DNA of 64,000 nucleotides, taken from the NCBI GenBank assembly GCA_024679065.1, contig JAGIQG010000026.1:36890001-36954000 (forward strand). The letters run 5' to 3'. The position numbers and the translations under genes are program-made. Every line of letters starts with the position of its first letter. The stretch's first letter is position 1. Origin of the DNA: Sphyrna mokarran. Its lineage: Eukaryota. Under the pieces are notes generated by a model, which was given only the letters and a program-made list of their open reading frames with translations, had not been told where the DNA came from and ran no database searches. Of the stretch, positions 39,108 to 51,300 are shown in pieces.

Positions 39108-40608
39108 GATAGACAGCCTGATGGAACAAAATCAATGACACTAATCACCTATGACAAATTACATTCAAGATTACACTGGACACAATTGCTTTAACAGTTG
39201 GCCTGAATAGAATACAGTCATGTACTGCCGATATTTCTGGACTAGCAATCCAGAGGTTTTGATCAGTAATCCAGAGAATGTGAGTTGGAATGTTATCATA
39301 GTCATTTGGGAATTATAATCCAGTTTATTTTCAGAAATAATAAAAATGAAAAGCTAGTTTCAATAGAAATGACAATGAAGCTGTTGAATTGTCATAAAAA
39401 CCCAAATAGGTTTACAATGTCCTTCAGGGATGGAAAGCTTGTCTGATCTGACTCTAGTTCCATTCTACTGTGGTTGATTCTTAATTCATCTGAAATTTCC
39501 CAGCCATCTGTAACAAACTGCTCACTATCTTCACCTGTTCAGGGCAACTGAGTTGGACAATAAATATCAGCAGTGTTCAGATCTGAAAATGAACATTTTC
39601 ATGCTTGTTAACTTTACAGACTTGCACAAACAAGATTGGAAGAAGGCAGTAACTGACTTTTCTTCCATTTTAGAAGCTAGTCTGATATCATTAAACATGT
39701 TTGGAGGAATTAGCAGTGGAAAAGCTACTGGTTAAAGACTATCATGGATGTAATGCAATTCAATTAAAAGAAACAGGTGTAGAATTGTACAGTGGGTTGT
39801 AAGGAGGAAAAATCTGAGCATGTTCTGAACTCAAGCTCAAAGCAGTGTTTATCAGATCAATGAGGTAGGATAAGAGAAGATTGATTTAATAGAGATTAGA
39901 AAGTGTTCCCAGCAATATAAGTGCTGCAGCAATTGTCAGACATCTTAAGAGAAAAGCAACAAGGGGTGAATTTAATTTGGATACACAACGGTATGCAACT
40001 TAAAAAACAAATGCAGACAACTGATCCTAGGCAGCTATCTGAGCGGGACCAGGAGCCACACAGAATGCGGCTAATCAACCTTGTGAGAGCTGCCTGATCA
40101 ACCTGTACTGCAGAACCTTTATAATGAGAATCATGCTGCTCCTAACTTTAATACTCAGGAACCTCTCTAGTCCCCATGGGAGACATTACAGAGATCACCA
40201 ATGAGAGCAAAAGAGGTTATTATTGAGCATTATGTTCACTATGTATCAGATACTTGCCTCCCTCTTTACCTTATAGCTTGGGAACAAGAAACTGGACCTA
40301 GTGAGAGACAAATCATGGACAAAAAATTATTTTCTCCAGCCTATAATATGCCTGTGCAAACTTTGATGATAGATTTGATCACTCATGTGTTTTGCTTATT
40401 TTGTTGACCCTGTCTATATTAAAATGCACAGACTGTTTAGAAGATATCACATTCTTTCCTTGGTATAATATATGTTTGAAAAGATACCAATACATATAGA
40501 ATTGTTGACATTTAGAATCATCATAACATTAATGTAACCGTAAAGTACTTGCCTGAAAACACACACATTATAATAATTTAAGAGATAATTCACTTTAGCA
40601 AAGCCTAC

Positions 40609-40668
40609 CTTCCAGTATAGTGGTGACATCACCATGGAGTGAGTTTATGTGGGAAGATTTATTTTATA
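40609..40668 (-). promoter_or_regulatory. Gene A core promoter and short non-coding exon 1
   Basis: TATAAAA at 40662-40668; Inr-like TCACTCC with its A at 40640 (28 nt downstream); exon ends CTGGAAG|GTAGG, matching gene B's CTGGAAG|GTAAG. Confidence 0.7.
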
Positions 40669-41065
40669 ATCTTTCCGTGCCCTTCTCATCCCAAGGTGCT
40701 GCTCCAGCAATGCCTGATTGACAAGTGAAGCAATCAAAGTGCTAACACTGATGGCAAATATCATCTGTTGGTTTGTCAGCTATCACTTGATAAGTTATAG
40801 CTTTTTCTTCCAAGCTACAATGATCTTTAATGAAGCGCGGTGGCAAAGTGTTTAACACTGCTGCCTCTCAGTGCCAGGGACTTATGTTTGATTCCAGTGT
40901 TGGGTATCCGTGTGGAGTTTGCATTTTCTCATCGGCCAAGATTTTACTGGCACACCCGTGCCAAGATCTGGGTAGGTGAGGCTCACAGAACTTTGGTGTC
41001 GGGTGGGATTTTACAATGCAAAGATATGCAGGTTAAGTGAATTGGCCATGATCAATGTACAGGAT

Positions 41066-41345
41066 AAAGTAAAGTTTATTTATTAGTCACAAGTAGGCTT
41101 ACGTTAATACTGCAATTAAATTACTGTGAAATTCCCCTAGCCGCCTATTCGGTGCCTGTTCGGGTCAATGCACCTAACCAACACATCTATTCAGACTATA
41201 GGTGGAAACAGAGCACCCGGAGGAAACCCATGCAGACATGAAGAGAATGTGTAAACTCCATACAGACAGTGACCCGAGCCAGATATTGAACCAGGTCCCT
41301 GGCACTGTGAGGCAGCAGTGCTAACCACTGCGCTACCATGCCTCC
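41066..41345 (-). mobile_element. V-SINE with alternative 3' tail
   Basis: HE1-like head and V-domain, but the tail is ..gcagtattaacgtaagcctacttgtgactaataataaacttt. Confidence 0.8.
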
Positions 41346-42600
41346 CACAGGCAGTAAGGGAGTGGGTCTCAGTAGAGTGCTTTTTTGGAGGGTCAGAGCA
41401 GATTTGATGGGGCAAATAGCCTCATTTTGGACTTTTGGGATTTTATGAATTCTACCCTTTACATGACTTTTCTAAAATTAACTTTATTTTGCATTCCTTT
41501 TCTCCTAAAGGTGCAGACTGAGAATAAAGCACAATTCTGCAGAAACCAGGACTTCCCATCTCACTCAGATCATTGCACTTTATTTGATAGTGATAGTCAT
41601 TGTTACAATCCCCATAGAGAGACAGATAACTTTTAAAATGAGATAGGAATTTCACAGTAACCAACACAAAGGATCAGAAGATAGGATTACACATTTTAAG
41701 ACTTTACTGTAACAAACTAAAATCCATATAAACAAAACATTACTTAAAGATAACTAATATAGAAAACATTTTCCCTGGTTACTTCTTGATACAATCAAGA
41801 ACTCCAAACGCTCAATGTGGTGAGTTACACTGCAGCCTGTATTGATATATATAGGGCCTGATTTTACCATTTTCATTCTAAGCATTGAATCTAGGTGCAA
41901 TTCAAATCTGACTTGGAAATCTGCTTTCAGGCACCCCCATACACACTCAGCCTGAAAAAAAGTCACAAGTCCAAATCACACTGTGGGCTGGGCTTAGTAT
42001 GTATGAAACAATTGGAGTTCTGAACTGCACATGCACAATTAGAAAAAGTTTGAATAAGCGCACCTATCACATCACTCCTTTGTCAGATCATGCCTCCCTC
42101 TCGCCTCACAGACATTGCCCCACCTCCACAACATTACAGAACCATCTATCCCCCCTCGCTTCCACCTCCCAGAACAATTGTGGCCTCCTCCTCCTTTTCC
42201 TTCCACCAATCTCAGGCAGAGTGGCAGCGGACCCCCCACCCCCACCCCACTAACCTCTGGCAGAGAGATCCAGCCTCCACCCAACAGATATCAAGCAGAG
42301 TGATCCCCCCAGCCAGGATCCTCCCACACAAGGCCCCCTCTCACCTATACTCCGATGGCTGTGCGACATCTCCCTCTCCCCTGTCGCTAATAATTGAGGT
42401 ACTCATCCACCACCCCCTCGCCCAGCGGCTCAGTAGCACATCTACAAGTGCACACTTGCTTTCCCCTCAATGCTAACAAGCAAACTGCATGGAACTTGCT
42501 GGAATGCTCTGGCAAACTGCCTGCAGATGATCTGCCGAACAAGGGGCAGCTCCATTAAAAACTCAGGAATGGACGGGCAGGCAGGCAGCACAGGAAGAAA

Positions 42601-42835
42601 ATGAGTTCACAACCACCAGCTCCCTGATTTTCTAAGGACGACTTGAGGAGGCTGCTGGATGCAGTGGAGGTGAGGTAGCATACCCCCTTCCCATCCCCCC
42701 ACCCGGAGGATGCAGACCCAGGGGGTCTGATGGCCACGTGGCCTGGGAGGCAGTCACCATCTCAGTCAGTGTCAGGGCAGTTGCCCCCTGAACCACAAGG
42801 CAGTGCCGGAAGAAAATCTCATCTATGCAGCAAGA
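42601..42835 (+). mobile_element. PIF/Harbinger-type Myb/SANT (trihelix) ORF relic
   Basis: MSSQPPAP*FSKDDLRRLLDAVEVR*HTPFP...AWEAVTISVSVRAVAP*TTRQCRKK; stops fall at likely former Arg codons (CpG decay). Confidence 0.7.
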
Positions 42836-43877
42836 GTGAGTGCTGAGTCCAATTTAGCATTCTCCCCTGTATCTCCCCCAGATCCTTCCATTCCCAGCAC
42901 CCTGCACACTTCCAGAAGGGCCATTCACCATGGGTAGGGTGCAGGTGATTCTCCAGGACTTGCAGTGCCAGGTGACGCCAGAGCTTCTGGAGCTCATTGC
43001 AGAAGCATTGCCATCCTATGGAGTGACCCAGGGGCTCACAGGAACCCAAAGGGAGAAGGAAGGGCTCGTGCCCATGCTGGGGCCTTCCAGCCAGGAGACT
43101 ATGACTGTGGCTACACCTTATGACTCCCCTCTTCATGACCAGGCTATCTCAGGGGCAGTGGGATGGTGTCATGGAAACATCCCAGACATCAGGAAGCAGG
43201 CCAGGGTCCTCAAGGTCCAGGGCCCCCAGAGAACGTTCACCACATGCGTTACAGGCCACGGGGTGAGGTTGGCAGCTGGCCCCCCCTCCACCTCCAATGT
43301 ACATTCTGGGGAGTCACTGAGGTGTAATGCTAGGCTGAGTAAGGTTAGGAAGTTGTAGTTGCACAGAGATGGCATGGGTGAAGGGCTGCACTAGCTAGAC
43401 AGAATGATTTATTTAAATGTATGCAGCTGCTTATTTGTTTTTAACTTAATTTCTCCAACCTATCTCCAAACCCATCCCCTCATATCTATCCCTTTGGTTT
43501 TGTTTAAATTTAAGAACCTAATTTTGGATTTAAGCACTTTGCTTTCAAACTTATCATGAAATTCTATCTCTTTATGATCACTTTTCCCCAGATGTTCCTT
43601 TACTAATAAACCATGCCTTTTTTGCATTTTACTAGTTCAAGTTTATTTTGCTCGTTCTTTGGGACGTTGTTTAGAACTACTGTTGTGTTCTATTAATTAA
43701 CTCACCAAGCTACATTTTCCTATTGGTTTTCCTGCTCTATATAAAGATTAAAATCCCCATGGTTAATACACTACTCCCTTGTTACATGACCCCCTTGTTT
43801 ATATTTAGTCTAACACTCAGATTATTGTTAGTGAGCCTATCAAACAATCTTACCCATTTTCTATCCCTTTTTTTCAT

Positions 43878-44228
43878 GGGGAGCAGTGGTATAGTGCTTT
43901 GTCACTGGATTACTAATCCAGAGACCTAGGGGAACACTCTGGGTCCTTGGTTTTATATCTCATCATGGTAGCTGATGGAATTAAAAGCCAGTCTCAGTAA
44001 TAGTGACTGTAACCCCATTGTTGATCACTGTAAAAACCCATCTGGTTCCTGAATACCTTTTAGGGAACAAAATCTGCTTTCCATACCTGGTCTGGCCTAC
44101 ATGTGACTCCAGACCCATTGCAATATAGTTGACTCTTAAACACTTTCTGAAATAGCCAAGCAAGCTATTCAAACGGAAGGTAATTAGGGATGACTATTCC
44201 CAGTAATGTCCACATCCCATAAATGAAT
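43878..44228 (+). mobile_element. Second tRNA-derived SINE family (other copies about 39225-39600 +, 60190-60420 +, 61118-61452 -, 63185-63485 -)
   Basis: Shared core aaaaacccatctggttc..ctttagggaa..tggtctggcctacatgtgactccagaccc; tail resembles the LINE end near 15930-15970. Confidence 0.7.
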
Positions 44229-45118
44229 TTTTAAAAAACTATCCAAATATTCCGTGTCTCCTTTTCCATTTTGCCCATTGTTAAATTTGAGACCACCGGG
44301 GGTGGGGGGGTTTCCAAAGAAGTCACATGGAAAGACAAGCCACAGGAGCAACAGGGTTTATTGATGAGCTGTACTCCTTGCACTCCAGCCTTGACTGGCT
44401 ATAAGGATGGACTTACAGACAGGCCATCTCTCTCCCAGGGTCAATTGACTTGACTTCTTAAAGAGGCTGCACCGCACATACATAACACTTATTTTTTTTA
44501 AATTACCCTAGAATATGTAGTTCCAACGCTAGGCCATGTCTGAGTAATGCCACCAAATCAAAACTATTTACCTCTATTTGTGGCATGAATTCATCCATCT
44601 TGTTCAAAATGCTTCATTTGCATTTTGATTTAGTGCCTGTAAATATTAGCTTATTCTGGATCCTTCAGGAATTTAAGATTAATCTCCTGAACCCTGATGT
44701 GAGCAAAGTGAGAAAAAAATAATTTTTAAAAGCTATTAAAATATTGAATTGTGGGGTCATAAGTTTATTTGATCGAGAGGATGGGCCTGAAGGCATCTCA
44801 TGTGCTTAAAGTCTCCAGGATTACATTTAACCAGAATTGGCAATCCTAATTCCTCCACCGCAGGTTTTATGTTTAGTTAAATGAACATGACTCATAGATT
44901 GACAAATAATGATGTTTAATGTAATATTAGACAACAGCAGCTTGTACTTGGCAGCCTTTAACATAGAAAAAACCCTTTAAAGTATAACATTGTACTAATG
45001 CTACTATACAGAGAAAATGCTTAAATGCAACTATTGAATCACATGAAGGTTATGTGTTACATTGATTCTAACAGAAACATTTTCAGTTCTATTGATAACA
45101 GATAAATTTGTGCATAAA

Positions 45119-45124
45119 TTTATT
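45119..45124 (-). terminator. Candidate polyadenylation signal of gene B
   Basis: AATAAA on the minus strand about 150 nt after the stop codon. Confidence 0.55.
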
Positions 45125-45272
45125 TTAATATTTGAAAAGAATTTCCTATAAACTACAGCAAAGGTAAATTAAGACAGTGTTGAGAATAATTTCTAAATTC
45201 AGCAGTTCCAGGTAGATGTGATTTTGATTCTTGTTGGAATTTTACCCACTTCTAGTTGATACCTTTGAATTT

Positions 45273-45372
45273 TCACACCTCAGGATAGACTGCATCTGTA
45301 GCAATTCCACAGTTGTTTCCCATATCCTTTGCCATGTGGACATATCCTTCATTGCCCCAAGTTGCTCCCCAA
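45273..45372 (-). CDS. Gene B exon 8: [32 protein letters not shown]
   Basis: 100 nt to TGA; CAG acceptor. Confidence 0.96.
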
Positions 45373-48300
45373 CTGAAATCAAAGCAAAGCTTGTGTTATA
45401 GCCCCGGTAAAGCAAATCTTTAAACATATTTTTTAAAATAAGAGGTTTTGCTTTTGATTATTGGTACAAAGCGCAGGACCAGGTTCGATCCCAAGATTGG
45501 GTCACCACGCAGAGTTTGCACATTCTCCCCATGTCTGTGTGGGTTTCTACTGGGTGGTCTGGTTTCCTCCCACAGTCTGAAAGTTGTGTTGCTTAGGTGC
45601 ATTGGCCCGAACTGATGCCGGAGTGTGGCGACTGAGGGAATTTCACAATAACTTCACTGCAGTGTTAATGTAAGCTTACTTGTGACTATTAAAAAAATAA
45701 ATTTTACAAAGTGGAGAGCTGTGGATTGCCCACTGTAAGAATAAAACTAGCTTCTTAAAATAAAACTGAACCAGATTGCTGAAGGCAAAATTTCCAATTG
45801 GGTTATACAGGAAAGTCAACAATCGTTTCACAAGGAAATCCATCCCAATGGGCTATTTCTGTACTTGTGATATCGAGTGCTGAATAGTTCAACCTTCAAT
45901 CAATATTATGATTGGAGCAAAATGCAATGAGGCTTCATATGGCATATTTCCCACTAGTTGAACCCAACATCACCGCCTGCCCAGATTTAATATCAGCCAG
46001 TAATCAAAGCCCTGAGGATTTAAGTTTTAAATGTCCCATTTTACAAATAAAGTGATCGCTTTCAGCAAAGGGACCTATTTACATTGTGACAAGCCCCAAA
46101 GAGATGTCCCTTTTCCAAGCCAGTTGCTGCTACTCCAAAATCTTTGAATGGTGCTGATTCTGTATGAGGAACAGAGAGTGTGGGGGAAGTAGAGGCACAG
46201 AGGTTTTGTTGCCATGCAAGATCCACCTCAGGTCATCTGCAGCAGAATTACAACTGCCAGCATTTCTACAAATTTTCTGTTTGTAGGGAAAAATCAAAAA
46301 GACTAAAGATTTAAAATAATTTTGGTCAAATGATGACACAGTAACACAGCTGCTTCACAGCTCCAGGGACCTGGGTACAATTCCCAGCTCGGATCACTGT
46401 CTGTGTAGAGTTTGCACATTCTCCTTGTGTCTGTGTGGGTTTCCTCCGGATGCTCCGGTTTCCTCCCACAGTCCAAAGATGTGCAGATTAGGCTGATTGA
46501 TGATGCTAACATTGCCTCTTAGTGAAAGGGATTAATGGGTAAAATATGTAGGGATGTGGGGGGTAGGGCCTGGGTGGGATTGTGGTCAGTGCAGACTGGA
46601 TGGGCCAAAGGATCTCTTTCTGCACTGTAGGGTTCTATGATTCTATGATAAGGAAGGTGTTTGAAGGAAGGTCCATCTGTTCACTAAATGCATTGCTTTA
46701 GCTATATCTTATTGAAAATATTATAGTTCTATATAGATTTACTATATAATCAATGTATATAATTTATCTATACTACTATAGATTTTTAACTCTAATTAAA
46801 ACTCTGAGATTAAATGGATCAGCCCTGACTCCCTGGCAGGGTACCGTACCTGTTTTTAACAATCCAGTATGGCTTCTGATTTTCAGTCCCATACCCGACT
46901 GCCAAAACTTCATGATCAAGTTTGTCTGAACTACAGCGTGGCTCATAAAAAATACCTGGAGAAAAAGAAACATTTATACCTGTTACCATAGAATTGCAAT
47001 CTCATTCTAAAAGGAGAAGACAACATATTTGGGAGAATTACTGGAAATTGACAGCAGTTAAAAACTATTGCTTTGCACTTGCCTTTCTTTAATAGATCAA
47101 GCTCCCCCAAAGATCAGGTGGCAAGAACGCTATTTTTAACATTTCTACTAATATTGGATTACACTCCGTTATCACGACGTCAACTGTTCCTCAATTCAAA
47201 GGTGACCTCTGCTCAGGGTCCTGGATTTCTGCCATGTGTCTTCATGCAACTGAACAGTTCACAGATCTTTGGGTAGGTAGGCCAGGATATCCCGAGAGGT
47301 AGGGGGATCCTATCTCTGTACACTAGGGCTTCCACAACACAAATTTATTTTGGGCCAAATAAACCTAATGGACTTTAACCCGGTGTTGTGAGACTTCTAC
47401 TGTTTACCCCAGTCCAACGCCAGCATCTCCACATCATCACGAGGGCTTTTCTAGAGGAACCTCTGACTGGTCTTTATTTTCAGACAAAATCTCAAGAACA
47501 ACACTAGGAACTCACCATTGTATTCATCAGCCTGACTAAAGAATCTGATTAAGTCAAACATGAAGATCTGTGGATTGTGCTGCAAAGATTTAGACTTCAA
47601 GAAATATCATCACAATTCTTCAAAAGCTTCATGAAGCTACGGCTTGAACAGCAGATCTGGAACAGATATCTTCAAAATACAGAAGCAAGGTTGTGTGATA
47701 GCTCCCATACTACTTACACTCTACCTGAGGACATCAATTCACCTCAAAGATCTACTGTCCTCCAGTGTGAGTATCAAATATTCTCCGGATGAAAAATTCT
47801 TAAACCTCAGTCGCCTCCATGCCAAAACAAAACTGACCACCATCGACAAGGTCTACAGTTTGCGGAAAATTGCAGGGTCATTGCCTACTCTCCTCTAGGT
47901 TTGCAAACTGCTCTCAATATCTTCAGACCTCTCATTCTCCATTTAATAAATGACCAAAGCCTATCACTCATGTTTTTGATCAAGATGTAAGTGGCATATA
48001 AGTTAAAAATACTAAACTTGTAACAATTTCACCATAATTAACCCTCAACTTCGCATCTTGAAATTTTATTCAGTTCATTCCGAATTTGCTTCAACTGTGA
48101 ATAGGTCAAATGTGTGCAGTAGTTATGAATTCTGTCACTTACCTGATTTGTACAACATGAAGGATCTGTGCTCTGCATCTATAGAAACGGATATTGGTCC
48201 AACTGTGGCCACTGCTGCAGCTAAATCTGCTTCAGAATTCTTTGGAATAATTCTGACCCCATTGCAAGTGGCAACAATATCATTTTTGTTGGATTTACAA

Positions 48301-51300
48301 TCCCCATCCTAAAAGCCAAGCAGAAAGCTGAGGCAAAGATTTACTCAAATAACAACACAAAAATGATTAAGCCAGAAAACGGAATAAATTCATCCCTTAT
48401 TGATGAATCATACTCCTTCAAAACTTTTATTCTCCATAATACTTTTAAGTGCCTCATAAACATATTTTAATGGTTTCCAATTACAGTTTACTTCACAAGC
48501 CGTTTAGCATTTGCGTGTAAGCAATTGAATTTAATTTTTTTCCTGTATCTATTCTTAATTTTAAATTGTGTTCCTTCCATGTAAATGTTCATCAGGCCTA
48601 TTTTTTGGGTCATTTCCTTCAAACATGAAAGCTTCAATTCTGTTACATCAGAGTCTCCTTTCCTCGAAAGAAAGGCCCTACGTTCTTAATTTTCTTCACC
48701 ACTAGATTCTTTTGATACGTTCAGATAAACCTTGCTCAGGTAAACTAAGCAGCAGAATTTGTGTAATTCTTTGTTTAACCTGTTGCTTCGCTGGGATAAA
48801 TTCATCACCCACCAATGTACCAGGACTTTTCATATGAACTTGACAATCTTCAGCACATTGTGTTTGGTCATGCAGTGAGATTTATGATGTTCACACAATG
48901 GCCCAGGTTTTTCAGGGGAGAACCGGAGGGTGGTGTTTAAGGTCCCAAATCTTCCCAGGATTAGATTTATTGAATTTGGCGAGGACATTTTTCTTTCCTC
49001 CTACCATCACTGTTAGAAATCCATAAAAAAACTTACACCTTGGTCAATCAGGAGTAACCAGGTATTTATCTGTTCTGTAATTAATAAAATTAAACACCAA
49101 TTAAACAAATTAATGGTTCGGCAGAGACAAGAAGGATCAAAAGGCCTGTTTCTGAGTTGTAATTTTCTATTGTTCTATAGTAAGTGCTGTTCATGATAAT
49201 TTGAACATTGTAAAGCTGAGGATTCTGTATCCTAAATTGATTGTTGGTTTACTTATTAGCGTACTCAGGATTGTTCAAAAACTGCTGCCTAATTACATCT
49301 AACAGTAGATACTTTGTTTTGGGCTTTTCAATCATGGGCTGTTGGGTTAAGAAGTAGTCAGTCTATAGGAGGAGAGCATTTTCCTCTGGAAGGCTGTGAT
49401 GGGGGCCTAACACTCTGCAGGAATTCTTGGAGTCTCCAGTATATCTGAACCAGGAGGCTGACAAAAACTATCAGAGAATAATTCAAACAAACAAAAACTG
49501 GCCCTGAAATGGAAAAAAAAGCATTCTTCGTCTTAAGTAAAACAAAAATTCCAAGGACATCAAAAAGATCCAAGGATCTTTTAGAGGTATATAAGATTAT
49601 GAGGGATATAGATAGAGTAAATGGTGGTAAGCTTTTTCCAGACATTTTTAGAAATGGATAGAACGAGGGGTCACGGGCTCAGGGTGAGGGGGGCTATGTA
49701 TAAGACGAATATTAGAGGCCAGTTTTTCACACAAAGGGTAGTGGGGGTGTGGAATGCACTGCCGAGTAAGGTGGTGGGAGCAGGCACGCTAGGGTTGTTT
49801 AAGGGTCTCTTGGACAGCCACATGAGCGGTCTGCAGATAGAGGGATATAGCAGGACTGTTTGAATATCGGGAGGACCAAATAGTAGTAGACTATCTTTTA
49901 GTTTCGTCTCGGGAATGTCTTAGTTTTTTTTTTAGCATGTTTAATTAAGTATTATTTGTTTCCGCAGGCAATTCGGTCCACCTTGTTGACCAACAAGGGG
50001 CATGCATGCGGCATGTCGTGTGAGAGCTGCTCTTGGAGGTTGCTTCAGGAGTTGCCTAGTGCTTCACGTCGTCAGTGTATGCTTAAACTGGACCATCTGA
50101 TGGGCAACATGACAGCTCAGAGACTATCGCTGTTGCTGTGCTGACACATGGATTTGGGCCTCTGTCTGCGGGAGTTTGCGCGTTCTCCCCGTGGTTGCGT
50201 GGGTTTCCTCCGGGTGCTCCGGTTTCCTCCCACATCCCAAAAATGTGCTCTTAGGCTGATTGGGTAACAAATTGTCCCTATATTGGTCCCTATATGGGAA
50301 TCTTCAACAATAGGCATAGCCTAAAGACAAGGATATGTCATTAGGACGTTAGGACGGCAGCATGGGCTCGTTGGGCTGAAGGGCCTGTTTCCCGTGCTGT
50401 GTTGCTCTTTGTTCTTTGTTGACATTAAGGAGAAAGGAAGTTACCTTTGCAGTGTAGGGATAAGATTGTTCTGAATTAATACCATTTTCTTTTATAAATA
50501 GAAGGGCCCGGACTTTATATCCACCATTACAGCCTCTGTTTCCAATGGCTCGGGTACAATCCATCAGGTACTGCTCACTCAGGGAAATGAGCTTTCCGGT
50601 TTTCTTAAACACTTGTCCTTCAAGTACTCCAGTCGTACTGAAAGCCCAGCACGAGCCACATTGTCCCTGACATAAAGAATCAAAGAGGGAAACGTTTGCG
50701 ATCATTTGTGATATTTTATTTCACTGAGAAATCTCCACATAAAACTCAACAGTCATAGTGGAGAACACCATCAAATTTCAAAACATTTTGACTTCAGGCA
50801 AAAGGCTCCAACCAGACCTTCCATCTCTTATACAACTCTCCTTTCACTAATAATGATTTTCTTTCTTATATACATTTTGGCATTATGAGACTGAGGATGC
50901 TAATTTTTCAATCATACAAATGTCAATGTTTGATGGAAAACTACCCATTAATCACCTCCGTCCTCACTAACTCACATTGGCTCCTGGCCTGGCAACACTT
51001 TGATTTTAAAATACTCATTTTTTTTCTCATATCCTTCCTTCTTCATTCCATTTCCTATCTCCATAATTTTCATCAGCCCACAATCCTCCCTTCTGTGCTG
51101 CTCCAAATTTGTCCTCTTGCAAATTACCCAATTTTAATTGTTCCAAAAATTGGCAATCTTGTTCTCTGTTGCCAGGGCTAGAGGGGATCTGGAATTCCCT
51201 CTCCAAATCACTCCATCTCTTTAACTCTCTCCCTCTGTCTTTAAGATTATTCTTAAAACCTCCCACTTTGACCACACTTATGGTCAACTGTCCTAATATC

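Noticed and set aside
46850-46955. Gene B as a pseudogene because of Glu after the catalytic His
   Set aside because: All exons, phases, splice sites, conserved cysteines and catalytic residues are intact, so a functional variant is the more economical reading, although activity is unproven.
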